The position numbers and the translations under genes were made by a program. The notes beneath the pieces were generated by a model. That model saw only the letters and a program-made list of their open reading frames with translations, was not told where the DNA came from and ran no database searches. Of a stretch of DNA of 64,000 nucleotides, positions 13,821-27,526 are shown one piece after another; positions within the stretch are counted from its first letter, which is position 1; every line of letters starts with the position of its first letter. Source of the DNA: Octopus sinensis (lineage: Eukaryota); NCBI RefSeq assembly GCF_006345805.1, contig NC_043014.1:43586001-43650000 (forward strand), written 5' to 3'.

Positions 13821-14770
13821 AGAGGCAATTTATTAAATACCAACTGTCACACACAAAATGAGATGATGGTGTTCCATATTTGCATCAACAATTGACTTCT
13901 ATAGCTTTTCTGTCAATATTGACAGCTACATCCTCTCCATCACAGAACTAACTGCCATATATCCGATATTCATTGCTATTGATTTTGTTTGGGGTTTTTT
14001 TTTGTTGTTTTATTTTATTTTTAATTTACTCATTTTCTTTTAAACAGTCCTCTGTTGTCTTTTGTTTTGTTTTGTTTTGTATTTGTTTGTATTTTTTTTT
14101 TTTTTTGCAGTAGCTACATGTTTTTTGTTTTTTCGAGGTATGCAGTTTTTCAGAAATTAGCTTTGGAATATTGTTCTGTATTTCATAAAAGGCTGTTGTT
14201 ATGTTGTATAAACTGCCACTTTTTTTTTTTTTTGTTTTGTTATTGTTGACTTAGTTGTTTTTATTTGCTTATGTGTGTGGTGTGTGTGTGTGTGTGTGTG
14301 TGTGTGTAGGGGTAGGTAGAGTTAAGGTAAGATCTGGAAAAACGCTGTGTTATCAGTTGATTTGATAAACTATATCAGTAGTGATGTATATAATATAATA
14401 CACAGTTTATATATATATATATATATATATGCATGTGTGTGTGTATTTGTGTATGTATTTATATGTATGCATATATGCATTTGTGTGTGAGTGTGTGTAT
14501 ACACACATGTATATATATCTACATATATATATTCATGTCTGGTATGATACACTGTGCAAATAGAGCTCACTTTTCAAGAATAATTTACAGCTAAATAATT
14601 GAATATGAAGTATGATGTGTGTGTGTGTGTACATTCATGCTTGTGCATGTGTGTATAACATGCAGTATATATATAAATAATGAATACACAGGTACATGCA
14701 GGTATGCATGTATATACAGGTGTGAAAATACATGATCGTTCAGACTGAGCGTTCTCTCCAATAAATTTAA

Positions 14771-14968
14771 CCCTTTAGCATTTAAACTGACCGTGTCCAG
14801 CCAAAACGTTCCAGCTGTTTTATGTCTGTCTTCACGCACCAGCCCTACGATATCATTCTGAAAAATTAAGTCACCTCATCGAAATCTCGTAGCTACAAAT
14901 TAATGCCTGATTTATTCAAAGCAATGTGAATAAAAAAGCATTACTTTTGACGTATGAACACTAAAGGG
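14771..14968. mobile_element. piggyBac-type MITE, family 2
   Basis: TTAA-CCCTTTAG ... CTAAAGGG-TTAA. Related copies at about 1104-1320, 1475-1610, 11756-11968, 26760-26985, 35784-36348 and 53543-53747. Confidence 0.82.
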
Positions 14969-15385
14969 TTAAAACTGCTGCTGCTGTTGTTGTTGTTGTT
15001 GTTGTTAAGCAACAAGCCGGGTAAGGGTGATTAGGTGATGGTCTAGGGCTTAGGGGTGGGAGACCCCAGGCTTTGGAAGAAAAAAAACGCTTTGGTCGTC
15101 TTGTAGTCGAGGGCTCTTAGTTGATGCCAGACACCACTGGGAAGTGGCCCTCGAAGTCGCTGGAAATGGAGATCTCCAGGCAATGTAGTTCAGCTGTCTT
15201 CCTTCTCCATTTGAGTGTGAATGTCTCCAAAATATCGAGTTTAATATGGCTTGTTGTTCAGTATAGTAGCAGTGGCTGGCAAAAAACAGCCCTGTGCTAA
15301 CCTGAAGTTGTAAAGATGGTTGGAATCAAGGGTGTATATTTCAGGTGTGCTAGGTGTGCACTGCACACTCGTTGAAAATGGCAAA

Positions 15386-15775
15386 TCTATATATATAAAG
15401 CTGAAGTTGTCTGTGTATGGCAGGTTTGGTAGCCTTCAACTAACACTATCTCCTCCGAGACCCTGTGGCGCAAGTTGACCAAAATTGAGAGTATGATACA
15501 AGAAGGCTTGCTCTTCATTTCGTAGAAAATAAAATTCAAATCGGACCATGTTAACACCAAAAATTATTTACATCAAAAAGGTGCTTTTTTTCTATGAAAA
15601 TCCCTATTTTTTATGATTTTTTGATTGCTGTGTTGCCATTTTTCGGTGCATTTCAACCAGAAAAATTTTCAGTTAAAGAGAATAACAAACTACATAATGC
15701 AAAATTTTTACATTTCAAAAATTCCAATTCTAAAGGGTCGAAACAAACCTGAGCAACGCCGGGTGATACTGCTAG
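15386..15775 (+). mobile_element. Non-autonomous Helitron (390 bp)
   Basis: 5' TCTATATATATAAAG, 3' subterminal hairpin CCTGAGCAACGCCGGG (15748-15763) and terminal CTAG, inserted between A and T with no TSD. Confidence 0.85.
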
Positions 15776-16989
15776 TTCATTATAAATACTAACCTTACTC
15801 GTTAATTTAATCACAAATATTAATGGAAAACTTTTTGTTATACCCCTGCTTGAAATTTGGTGGCATTGGGTATGCTACCACACCCAATACAACAACCACC
15901 ATACGCCACTGGTTGGAACGATTCCATAAATCTCCTCTTTGGTCTTGTGCTCATACCACAAAATGTTTTGGTTCCTCATGGGAAAGAAACCTGGTATACA
16001 TACCATCAAGGTGACCTTGAAGCCCCCTTTTTTTTTCTTGCAAGTTTTTGGCTCCATAGAGAAATCATTTTGATAAACTGTAGAAATTACCTCAAGAAAA
16101 CCAGCCTGCTTATTCTTCATTTTACTTGTGAAGCACCTTTTCACCGCCTTCTCTTTTAGCTGTAGTCGTAGCAACAATATCAAACATACATGCAAACCAC
16201 TCACCTCTTTTCCTTTACCCCTGTCAACCATCACTGTCACCACTGCTGCCACTACAACTATTTCTGCTTCAGCAATGAAAATATTTTGAAAATGCCACTT
16301 CAAAAAACCTGTGCAGCTGAAGTATTTTTAAAGAACCCTTCTAGACAACACTAGAAGTAGGGAGACATTTGGATGTTTGTCAGACGCATTTCACTTCCAA
16401 GAGTTGCTGCATAAGTTTTCCTATTTTCATTTTTGTATTTGTTTTTGTATTTCTCGCTAATCCAGAATATAAGATGCCAATCCTCAAGTATACTACACAT
16501 GCACACAAACACACATTCTCTCTCTCTCTCTCTCATTTGGCTGTACCAAATAAGAGGGGAAAAAAATCCCCATGCATATGGAGTTCGTTTGAAGCTGATT
16601 ATTCATTCCATTACTACTCTGGGCTTTTCTCACTTATGCGAATTTCTTCAGATGGCAAAGCCCAAATAAAACACATTCCCTCTTCCAAAATCGTTTTATA
16701 TAATCTCTTAGCAGGTATTTGAAACTCTGTATTAGAAGAGAGTTGTTGAAAATGGATAAGAGTGACTAAGGGTCAATAACATTTTAGGGACCTACAGAGT
16801 ACACATAATTAGCCATATATAACTGAATGCCATCAGAGTACAGGAATCACTGCCAATATCAGAAATGTTTTCCTGGATCGTGAAGGCACGGATATAGCAA
16901 GGAACTGAATTGGGATTGGAGAAAAATTATGAATATTTTCTTCTGTTGCTATCATGTTTTCATCATAAAGGGAAGCCACCAGATTATAA

Positions 16990-17207
<218 letters not shown>

Positions 17208-17917
17208 TCATGTTGAACTGTTAACCCCTTTACGTTTTTTCTCTCTCTTTTTTTTTCATCTCTTTCCATTTTTCTCCCCTCTTGATCTTTTCTGTCAAAG
17301 AGCATAGGCTTGAAATGTCAAACACTTTTCCATTCTTCCTGAGTGCCAAACTAATACAACCTGCTTGTTGTTCCCTTACCTGCCTTCCATCTTTCGTTTT
17401 CTGTAAATTTGAACTATACACACACGTGTATGTTTGTATTAATCATTTATCCCATCACTACGTGACAGCCAGTGTTGGTTTGTTTATGTCCTTGTAACTT
17501 ACCAGTCTAGCCTACGAACCTTGAAATAAGTATCAGGCTTAAAAAAAAAGAGGCAAGCACTGATGTCAGTTTTTTGTTGTTTGTTTGTGTGTTTTTTTAA
17601 TAACTACTTCATACCTTGCCCCAGCATGGCCACAGTCTAATGCCTGAAACAAAATATAAAAGTTCTGCATGTTATTAAGTTCTATTTGTTCTGCCAAACA
17701 CACACACACTTCATCTTTTTTACTCCTGCATCTTTCTCTCTCTCTCTTTTCCTCTTCCCACCACCCACATACGCTTAATCTCTCCCCCTCTGTCTCTCTC
17801 CCTCCCTCTCTCTGTTTCTTCTTTGATGTCTAGAGTTATGTCTGCCTCTCATAAGCTACATTGTTTCTGTTGTCTGTCTGCATGTCTAGTTATAAATGTA
17901 AATGTTGCTGCTGCTGT

Positions 17918-17963
<46 letters not shown>

Positions 17964-18539
17964 GATGCTGCTGCTGCTGATGCTGCTGTTGTTGTTGTCC
18001 CTCTCTGTCCTTCCTCATTGCTCACCTGTCACATGTCTAGCCTTAGGTCACTAGCCAACAAACTACAACAGTTCTCCACACCATGAGGTAAGCTTGGGGT
18101 TAGCAAAGGGACCACATGATGATAGTGGCAGTGGTGGTGGAGGTTAATAGTGTAGAAAATCAAAGTACAAGGTGGTGGTGGTGGTGATGATGGTGATGAG
18201 GTGTGTGTATACACCATTAGTCATTCATTAGTTACTGCTACTTGTTTTGGTTTTCATTATATATTTATTTCTAGATTGCATTTTAATTATTTTCCCATGC
18301 ATTGAAAATGTCTACATAAAGAAGACAAAAGATTTAAGAACCATTCCCTTAAAAAGTGTTGGGTTTCAGTCTGCCTGCCTGCCAGCCTGTCTGTTTCATT
18401 TACTGTTTGATTTATTTAAAAAAAATTTTTTTATCATATATAGGCATAGGTGTGGCTGTGTAGTAAGAAGCTTCCTTCCCAAGCACAGGGTTCCGGGTTC
18501 AGTCCCACTGCGTGGCATCTTGGGCAAGTGTGTTCTGCT

Positions 18540-18736
18540 ATACATACATTCATTCATTCATACATACATACATACATACATACATACATACATACATACA
18601 TACATACATACATACATACATCATACATACATCATACATACATCATACATACATACATACGTACGTACGTACGTACGTACGTACATACATACATACATAC
18701 ATACATACATACATACATACATACATACATACATAC

Positions 18737-18770
<34 letters not shown>
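18540..18770. repeat. (CATA)n-(CGTA)n-(ATT)n microsatellite
   Basis: Direct inspection. Confidence 0.95.
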
Positions 18771-19052
18771 GGCTGCCCCCTCATTATCGAGTATGACCAT
18801 TGCACGCTTGTACAGAATTGGCAACTAAAACCTTTACCGGTAATAGCCGGCTGTAGTTGTAACTGGGCTTCATGTACCTTTGCATGTCGTTTAAGTCCTC
18901 CTGCCGAATTACACTCTCTTCCACATGTCTGACAGATATGATTAGTATGGTGTGTTACACCACCACCAGTGGCCAGGTTGTCACTCATCTGTCTCGCTTT
19001 ATGACTACGAAGATGACTCTGGAGTCCAGCTTTACCGAGGCAGGGTCTTGCA
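18768..19052 (-). mobile_element. RTE-clade LINE 3' end encoding C2H2 zinc fingers
   Basis: RPCLGKAGLQSHLRSH and CQTCGRECNSAGGLKRHAKVH, followed by GTCATACTCGATAATGAGGGGCAGCC and an (ATA)n tail, an RTE-like terminus. Embedded in microsatellite. Confidence 0.7.
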
Positions 19053-19303
19053 CATACATACATACATACTCAACTGGCAGCCTTCCACATAGTTTCCATG
19101 TAACAAATTCCTTTCACATGGCATTGGTCAGCTCAAAGCATCAGTAGAATATGCTTGCCCCAAGAAGTGCTGTATGATGGAACCAGGCCTTGAACACCCA
19201 GTTCCGTGGTTGTGAAGTGAGCCTCTTAACCGCCAAAGCCTTGCCTGCACTTTGCCATCCTGCTCCTGCTACCATTGCGATTTTTCTGGCTTGCTGCTGC
19301 TGT

Positions 19304-19348
<45 letters not shown>

Positions 19349-19358
19349 CACCACCACC

Positions 19359-19590
19359 TATTTCTTTATTACCCACAAGGGGTTAAACACAGAAGGGACA
19401 AACAAGGACAGACAAACAGATTAAGTTGATTATATCGACCCCAGTGCGTAGCTGGTACTTATTTAATCGACCCCGAAAGGATGAAAGGCAAAGTCGACCC
19501 TGGCGGAATTTGAACTCAGAATGTAGTGGCAGATGAAATACCGATAAGCATTTCACCCGGCGTGCTAACTTTTCTGCCAGCTCACCACCT
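19359..19590 (-). mobile_element. SINE A, tail 1
   Basis: Full-length match to 7201-7432; sits within (CCA)n/(CTA)n. Confidence 0.88.
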
Positions 19591-20532
19591 TTACTACTTC
19601 TACCACCACCACCACCACCACCACCACCACTGCCACCATCCACCCCTGTGCGCGCACACTTGAATGCAACTGATTTTATAGCTGTGTCATTAAATGCTTC
19701 CTCAATAAACTGAACATTTACGTTCCCCCCCCTCGCATTCCATTGTCCTTCTACCGTTTTATTGTTTCGGAGTCACCAAAAAACATTTGTAGTGTTTACA
19801 CACACACATACATATATCTATATATATATAATCCTTTGGTGGGAGCTAGTCTTTCTTCTACTTTTGATTGTGCTTGTAAACTATCTGTTATGTATGTGCA
19901 TGCAAATGAGCACGATAATTTGTGCATAAGACTCCTTGTTTGTGTGTATGTGTGGAAAAAAATTTTTTTTTTTTCTTTTTATGCACAACGTCTCTGGGAA
20001 CTACTTTTTGTATATACAAACAATGAAACAACTAGCTTCTGTTATACAAAAACAATAAAAGAAAAAAACAGTCACACATAAAATCATTTCCTATGTGTCT
20101 TAATTATTTTGTTCATTAAACAGCATAACGTTTAATAGCTCGATCTGTTATTTCAGATTTAAAGCTAACAAACATTAATAAATTTATTGGTTTATATTGT
20201 GAATTCTGTTGATGTATTAACCCTTTTGTTACTATATCTCTGCTGAAATATGCAGCCTTTGTTTGGTTTTACTTTGAAAATAATGAAGAATTATGTAAAA
20301 TAAACTTGTCATTATGAAGCTAGTGTTTGGAACATAAACTAGTATGAAATTTTGGTGCTAAGGTTATAACTTAAAACAGTGGTTTTCAGCATTTATTATT
20401 TTTTTTCCTATGGACCCTGCTTTAATTTTTATTTTACTCAGGGTAGAACCCACATAGCCAACTGACGTCTAAAAGCTCCTATTATATTTTTGTGGTTAAG
20501 TATTATTTGGAATTGTATAAAAAAAATTGTTT

Positions 20533-20765
20533 GCTCTTTTTACTTTTACTTGTTTCAGTCATGTGACTGTGGCCATGCTGGAGCACCGCCTTTAGTCAAG
20601 CAAATCGATCCCAGGACTTATTCTTTGTAAGCCTAGTACTTATTCTAACAGTCTCTTTTGCCGAACCACTAAGTTACGGGGACGTAAGTAGACCACCATC
20701 AGTTGTCAAGCAATGTTGGGGGGACAAATACAGACACACAAACATATACACACACACACATACAT

Positions 20766-20849
<84 letters not shown>

Positions 20850-21010
20850 GATGGGCTTCTACCAGTTTCTGTCTGCCAAATCCACTCACAAGGCTTTGGT
20901 CAGCCCGAGGCTATAGTAGAAGACACTTGCCCAAGGTACCACACAGTGGGACTGAACCTGGAGTCATGTGGTTGGGAAGCAAGCTTCTTACCACACAGCC
21001 CCTCCTGCAC
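20533..21010 (-). mobile_element. SINE B with expanded (TA)n
   Basis: Full-length reverse match. Confidence 0.88.
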
Positions 21011-21699
21011 TTTATAGACAAAAGATATATCAAGCCTAGTTTTGAGCTCTTTTACTAGCAGACTCACAGACTGGATGTGTGGGGTGGTTTGCATGAGGAA
21101 AAAAAAATGAATGTTTGTTTTAGTGTTGCTGGAGCTGGAACAGAATGGTGTTAAATCCTTGGTACATCTGTCTACAAACAGGACCTTAAAACTTTGCAGT
21201 CGCCCTTGCAATACAGTAATAGCTGTACTGCATTCAGTTTTATGAGGTACATTTTTATGAGCCACCAATACTGACTGGACCAGGATGGGACAGAGGACAG
21301 CATCAAAGGAAAATGCCCATTAAATGTATTAAATATGTTACTGTTTTGCCCTCCCTTGCATTGGTAGTTTATGACATTATTATATGTTACTGCTACCCTC
21401 CTTACATTGGTAGTTTATGGCCCTCCTGTTTTAATGTAGTTTTCTGACATCTGTAGTTTGTGAGGAAGAAAGAGATAAAGAACAATTTCATGAGAATATT
21501 TTTTGTTAGAAAAACAGGGGAGGGAGAAGAAATCTGTTAGGTTAGCAAAGTGGGTTAGTGTAGCCAGTAAAAAAAAAACCCTGAGGTTTTCTTTTTTAAC
21601 TTGATATACAATAATGCCTCGCTGCCATATCGTGGTTCACCTGTCGCAGACGTCAATTCCTCTGTGGTTTTGTTTTGTATTTATAATAAAATAAATATA

Positions 21700-22108
21700 T
21701 AGGCGCAGGAGTGGCTGTGTGGTAAGTAGCTTGCTAAACAACCACATGGTTCTGGGTTCAGTCCCACTGCGTGGCATCTTGGGCAAGTGTCTTCTGCTAT
21801 AGCCCCGGGCCGACCAATGCCTTGTGAGTGGATTTGGTAGAGGGAAACTGAAAGAAGCCTGTCGTATATATGTATATATATATATGTATGTGTGTGTGTT
21901 TGTGTGTCTGTATTTGTCCCTCTAGCATTGCTTGACAACCGATGCTGGTGTGTTTACGTCCTCGTCACTTAGCGGTTCGTAAAAGAGACTGATAGAATAA
22001 GTACTGGGCTTACAAAGAATAAGTCCCGGGGTCGATTTGCTCGACTAAAGGCGGTGCTCCAGCATGGCCGCAGTCAAATGACTGAAACAAGTAAAAGAGA
22101 AAAAGAGT
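21700..22108 (+). mobile_element. SINE family B (reference copy; tRNA-like head, central microsatellite, AAAAGAG tail)
   Basis: AGGCGCAGGAGTGGCTGTGTGGTAAG...GGTTCAGTCCC (A/B boxes), CTTGGGCAAGTGTCTT, (TA)/(TG) core, tail GACTGAAACAAGTAAAAGAG; many copies in the window. Confidence 0.9.
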
Positions 22109-22159
22109 ATACGAGTTTAAAAAAATAATTTTTTAAAATATACAGTATACATGAAAACA

Positions 22160-22562
22160 TAGGCGTAGGAGTGGCTGTGTGGTAAGAAGCTTGCTTACGA
22201 ACCACATGGTTCCGGGTTCAGTCCCACTGCGTGGCACCTTGGGCAAGTGTCTTCTACTATAGCCTCGGGCCGACCAAAGCCTTGTGAGTGGATTTGATAG
22301 ACGGAAACTGAAAGAAACCTGTCGTATATATGTATATATATATGTATGTGTATATGTTTGTGTGTCTGTGTTTGTCCCCCCAACATCGCTTGACAATGTG
22401 TTTACGTCCCCGTAACTTAGCGGTTCGGCAAAAGCGACCGATAAAATAAGTACTAGGCTTACAAAGAATAAGTCCTGGGGTCGATTTGCTCGATCGACTA
22501 AAGGCGGTGCTCCAGCATGGCCACAGTCAAATGACAGAAACAAGTAAAAGAGTAAAAGAGAG
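22160..22562 (+). mobile_element. SINE B
   Basis: Full-length match to 21700-22108. Confidence 0.9.
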
Positions 22563-22789
22563 TACAGTATTGTTTCTACCTTCATGGATTTTTCATCTAT
22601 CACAGGGGAGTCGGGGGTGAAACATAACCCCCACAGTAGTCAAGGAATTACTGTATCTAGAATACTGGTATTTTTTGATTTCTAGAAATCAATTATATAC
22701 ATCATTATCATCCCCTTATCATCATCATTGCTGTGTTCATCATCTATATCATCTATACCTATACTCCCACGACCAACGCTGCCACCACC

Positions 22790-22835
<46 letters not shown>

Positions 22836-23299
22836 ATATTTATCTCATTGCTCTTATCGTTAACATTTTCAACTTCATGTTCTGAATATATATTAATATT
22901 AAAAAAAATTAAAATTTTCTCACTTAATTTTCGTCAGTGTTCTTTCTCGTTAGATTGGAGAGATATACAGAGAAATTAATTTTGACTCTTACGCTGAAAA
23001 TTGATTAAAATGTCTAAGTACTGTCACCATCATCAAACAGCCAATTGCCATGCTTTCCATGTGTGATTAAAATATTCCGTTTGCTACTTACTAGCCATGT
23101 AGTTTAGATTTTGGCCCTACTGTGTGTCAACTCGGGCAAGTGTCTTCTGCTATAACCACAGGGTTGACCAGTACCTTGTGAGTGAAATTGATTGGCGGAA
23201 ACTGTGCAGAAGCCTGTTGTGTGTTTGGGTATGTTTGTGGTATATTGCTGTACTCAAGAAGACTTGTTCACCACAACAGAATTGAGATCCTCAAACCAA

Positions 23300-23300
23300 G

Positions 23301-23336
<36 letters not shown>

Positions 23337-23770
23337 GTTTAACGTCCACTTTCCATGCTAGCATGGGTTAGACGATTTGACTGAGGACTGGTGAACCAGA
23401 TGGCTGAACCAGGCTCCAAGCTGATCTGGCAAAGTTTCTACAGCTGGATGCCCTTCCTAATGCTAACCACTCCGTGAGTGTAGTGGGTGCTTTTTACGTG
23501 CCACCGGCACGAGGGCCAGTCAGGCAGTACTGGCAATGGCCACACTCAAATGGTGCTTTTTATGTGCCACCTGCACAGGAGCAAGTCCAGTGGCACTGGC
23601 AATGACCTCACTCAAATGTTTTTTCATGTGCCACCAGCACAAGTGCTAGTAAGGCGACGCAGGTAACGATCATGCTTGAACGGTGTTTTTAACGTGCCAT
23701 TGGCATGGAGGCCAGCTTGCTGCTCTGGCAACGATCTCGCTCTTATGGTACTCTTAGTGCTCCACTAGCA
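23300..23770 (-). mobile_element. Repeat family D (RTE-related non-autonomous element, (GAT)n tail) with ~60-bp internal tandem units
   Basis: GTGGTTGGCGTTAGGAAGGGCATCCAGCTGTAGAAAC-type core and ...GGACGTTAAAC(GAT)n tail. Other copies at about 4470-4676, 23795-23970, 24123-24246(-), 36808-37027, 50150-50308(-), 50466-50640, 57338-57613 and 60285-60400. Confidence 0.75.
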
Positions 23771-24682
23771 TGGATAAAAAGCATCAGTGTGGGTGCTGGT
23801 GCCACTTAAAAAGCATCCAGTACACTCTGTAAAGAGACTGGTGTTAGGAAGGGCATCCAGCTATGGGAATCAAGTCAAAACAGATTATGAAACCTGGTGC
23901 GGCCCGTGGCCTTCTCCAGTTCTTGCCAAGCCAACAAACACATGCCAGAATAGAAAACGGACATTAAATGGTGGTGGTGGTGGCTGCTGTTGCATGCACA
24001 TGCATGGGCCTGCATAAATGTTTATAAACCTGTGCAGAAGCCTGTTGTGTGTTTGGGTATGTGGTGTATTGCTCACTCAAGAAGACTTGTTCACCACAAC
24101 AGAATTGAGATCCTCAAACCAAGATCATCATCATCATCATCATTGTCGTTGTCATCGTTTAACGTCCGCTTTCCATGCTAGCATGGGTTGGACGATTTGA
24201 CTGAGGACTGGCGAACCAGATGGCTGCACCAGGCTCCGATCTGATCTAAATATTAGGTCTCATATGCTCAGCAAAAACCTTTCCTGGCAGTGTCTGGGGA
24301 TGCCCACAGTCCAATGACTGAAAAGAAATTTTTTATTCTTTTCCTTTATTGGACTGAAAAAGTATTTTTAAGAAAACAAAACAAAAAAACCTATATATGA
24401 AAGAAAAGATATGGCTTTAAAAAAATAATCTTGGAATGAATTTTTTTTTTTTTTCTCTTTCATCCTCCTTCAGAAGTTATTTAATACAGTTTTGAGTTAA
24501 CAAGCGATTGGTAGTATTTTAACTGATATATATATATATTAAAAAAAAACCCCAAAAAACTCCACAAAAATATCAAAATTATTTTCAACCCTCCTTTTGT
24601 CTTCCAATCCAATCCTTTTCTTTTCTTCTGTCCACCATCCTCAAATTTTGCTACTGTAGATTTCTCCTGTTTCAACCAATAC

Positions 24683-24718
<36 letters not shown>

Positions 24719-24821
24719 CAAGTAAGAGTATAAAATACCAAAAAACAATTATAAATTACTTCCAGCTGTCTTGTTTGTTTATTCTATCCTTCTTGTTGTT
24801 ATTGTTGTTGTTCTTCTTATA

Positions 24822-24886
<65 letters not shown>

Positions 24887-25431
24887 CATTTATCCTTTAT
24901 CCTTATCCTGCTCGGCCCTTCCACTCTTTCATCTCCTTTCATCACCATGTCTTATTCTGAAACCCACCCCATATTTTTCTAATGCAGATAATTCTTATTT
25001 ACTTAATTTGTTCAGATGGTTGGCCGAGACAGTTGACACACTGCTCTGCCCTCACAATATCTTCCTCATTCTATCAGGCAAAAAACCAGCGGTGATGGTG
25101 ATGATGGTGGTGGGGAGACTTTTATCAAACAAGTTAAATGAATGCCTGGAAGGAATTAATTGAATTAGCCACTGCTAAGATTGTGGCACATCCAGACTCC
25201 CAGGGAGCCAGCTGTTGGCAGTTCAACAGGATTAATAATGATTTTTTTTTTCATGTTGTATAAGTAATGGGCTAAATAATAAGGCTGATCTAATTGACAG
25301 TTGACCCTATATCTAGAACCTTGAAAAAAATTAAATACTGGGGTGGCTGTGTGGTAAGAAGCTTGATTCCCAACCACATGGTTCTGAGTTCAGTCCCACT
25401 GTGTGACACTTTGAGCAAGTGTCTTCTACTA

Positions 25432-25851
25432 TACTCTTTACTCTTTTACTCTTTTACTTGTTTCAGTCATTTGATTGCGGCCATGCTGGAGCACCACCTT
25501 TAGTCGAGCAAATCGACCCCAGGACTTATTCTTTGTAAGCCCAGTACTTATTCTATCGGTCTCTTTTGCCGAACTGCTAAGTGACGGGGACGTAAACACA
25601 CCAGCATCGGTTGTCAAGCAATGCTAGGGGGACAAACACACACACATACACACACATATATATATATATACATATATACATATATACAACAGGCTTCTTT
25701 CAGTTTCCGTCTACCAAATCCACTCACAAGGCATTGGTCGGCCCGGGGCTATAGTAGAAGGCACTTGCCCAAGATACCACGCAGTGGGACTGAACCCGGA
25801 AAGATGTGGTTGGTTAGCAAGCTACTTACCACACAGCCACTACTGCGCCTA
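25432..25851 (-). mobile_element. SINE B (abutting a plus-strand B head at 25340-25432)
   Basis: Full-length reverse match. Confidence 0.88.
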
Positions 25852-25963
25852 TAGTCAGTTTCTTTATTAACCATGAGGTTGAGAAAAAGAGGGGCCGATA
25901 CGAGGACAGACAAAACAAACATTGGGGTCAGGGTATCGAATGAGACAAAACGTATGAATAAAC

Positions 25964-26182
25964 CAGTGCTTTTCAAACTTTTTGCTGGAGCGGAACCCTA
26001 AGGAAACATTCCACTGGCTCGAGGAACCCCTGTGCAATAATTTAATTGTCTTATGCACACATATCTGCACAGGAGAATTAGAAATTACTGCTGATTTTAG
26101 CAGTTTTGTAACTTCTTGCGGAACCTCTGGACTGTACTGGCGGAACCCTAAGGTTCCGCGGAACCCTGGTTGAAAACCACTG
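25964..26182. mobile_element. hAT-type MITE (219 bp)
   Basis: TIRs CAGTGCTTTTCAA / TTGAAAACCACTG, perfect 8-bp TSD GAATAAAC (25956-25963, 26183-26190), and subterminal GGAACC repeats. Confidence 0.9.
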
Positions 26183-26992
26183 GAATAAACAAACAATTAA
26201 AATATATACAATTAAATGAGAATGAGTGATTTACAAAAAATGAGGTGGAGGACGCGTCTTGGGCCAACTAATGCCCTGGTGAGAGGATTTAGTAGATGGA
26301 ATCTGAAAGAAGCTTGACATATATATTATATGTGTGTGTGTATCTTTATGTATGCATTTGTCCCCCAATACTGATTAACAACAGGTGATGTGTTTACATC
26401 TCCATAGCTTCGCAGTTCAGCAAAAGAGACCGATAGAATAAGTACCAGTCTTCAAAATAAGTAACGGGGTCAATTAGTCTGATAAAAATTCCTTAGGGCA
26501 GTGCCCCAACATGGCTGCAGTCTAATAACTGAAATGAGTAAAGAAAGAAAGAAAGAAGGATGGGAAGGAGGGAAGAAGGAAGAAAGGAAGGATCTATTTT
26601 ATTGAGTAGGCTCTTACATGTGTAGTAAGTTTGTTAACTTCAATCCATTGAGATTATTGAAGGAGGGCAGTGAGCAATGCTCTTTGGGACATGATTTCAG
26701 CCTTATTTGACCTCCTCAGTGGAGAATTGTTCACTTACAGCTGCCGATGTTTATATTAATCTGTTGACATTCAGATTATTCTGTCTAATGTAAGGCTTAT
26801 TTATTTACATTGTTTGGAATTACTGATGCATCATCCTTTCACATTGAGATTTCAATGATGTGCTTTGTTTAATTTTAGTATGACATCATAGGGTAGGTGT
26901 TAGAGGCTGAATTTGGCCAGTTTGAACATAAAACAAGAATAATATTTGGGCCAGGTTAATTTGGCTGGTTTAGATGCTAAAGAGTTTATCTA

Positions 26993-27290
26993 TTGGGTTG
27001 TCCGGAAAGTTTGTGCCGATTTTTAAAGGAAAGAAAAAGGTCAATAAATACTTGCCATTACATTTTTAATCAACCAAATATGAACCATTTTGTTGCACAA
27101 TGCGTCTCCATCTTTCCTTTAAATTGAAAATACCCTCTGCCCAGAATTGAGGTGGTTTCATGGCAAAGAATTCATCAAGGTTATCTTTTTACGTCATCCA
27201 AGGAATTGAAATTTTTACCATTCAGACTATTCTGCAGAGACCTGAATAAGTGGAAGTCTGAAGGAGCAATATCTGGTGAATATGGAGGAA
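26993..27290 (-). mobile_element. Mariner 3' fragment (same family as 60945-61328)
   Basis: TA followed by TTGGGTTGTCCGGAAAGTTTGTGCCG TIR. Minus strand encodes PPYSPDIAPSDFHLFRSLQNSLNGKNF. Confidence 0.9.
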
Positions 27291-27299
27291 GGGCTACTT

Positions 27300-27525
27300 G
27301 ATCTGAAGAAAATTTGAACTGGCCCCCACCTGCAAGGTCACATGCTGTTTATCTTGATATTAGACCACCATGTCGCCAACATATGGTTGTGATGCATGTG
27401 CCTAGTGTACCCTTATCAGATGGGTAGTCATGATGGGTATACTGAGCTTCGTATATTATACCTCAGTGTCACTTTGACGGCATGCACTGCTCTCTCACTC
27501 AGTAATAATAATAATAATAATAATA
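27300..27525 (+). mobile_element. 3'UTR-like repeat ending in (AAT)n (second LINE-related family)
   Basis: The terminal GCTTCGTATATT..TACCTC.GTGTCACTTTGA...CTCTCA followed by an AAT-rich tail recurs at about 10509-10580. Confidence 0.5.
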
Positions 27526-27526
27526 A

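Noticed and set aside
11031-13861. Many ORFs rich in Y/I/M/C/V/H/T
   Set aside because: Translations of (TA)n/(TG)n/(CA)n microsatellites. The same applies at 16833-17224, 42922-43480 and 61769-62325.
15900-16000. Minus-strand NILWYEHKTKEEIYG, resembling the RTE thumb region
   Set aside because: Too short and degenerate to call.
18767-19063. C2H2 zinc-finger host gene
   Set aside because: No TGEKP linkers or splice context; it ends in an RTE-type 3' terminus with a simple-repeat tail.
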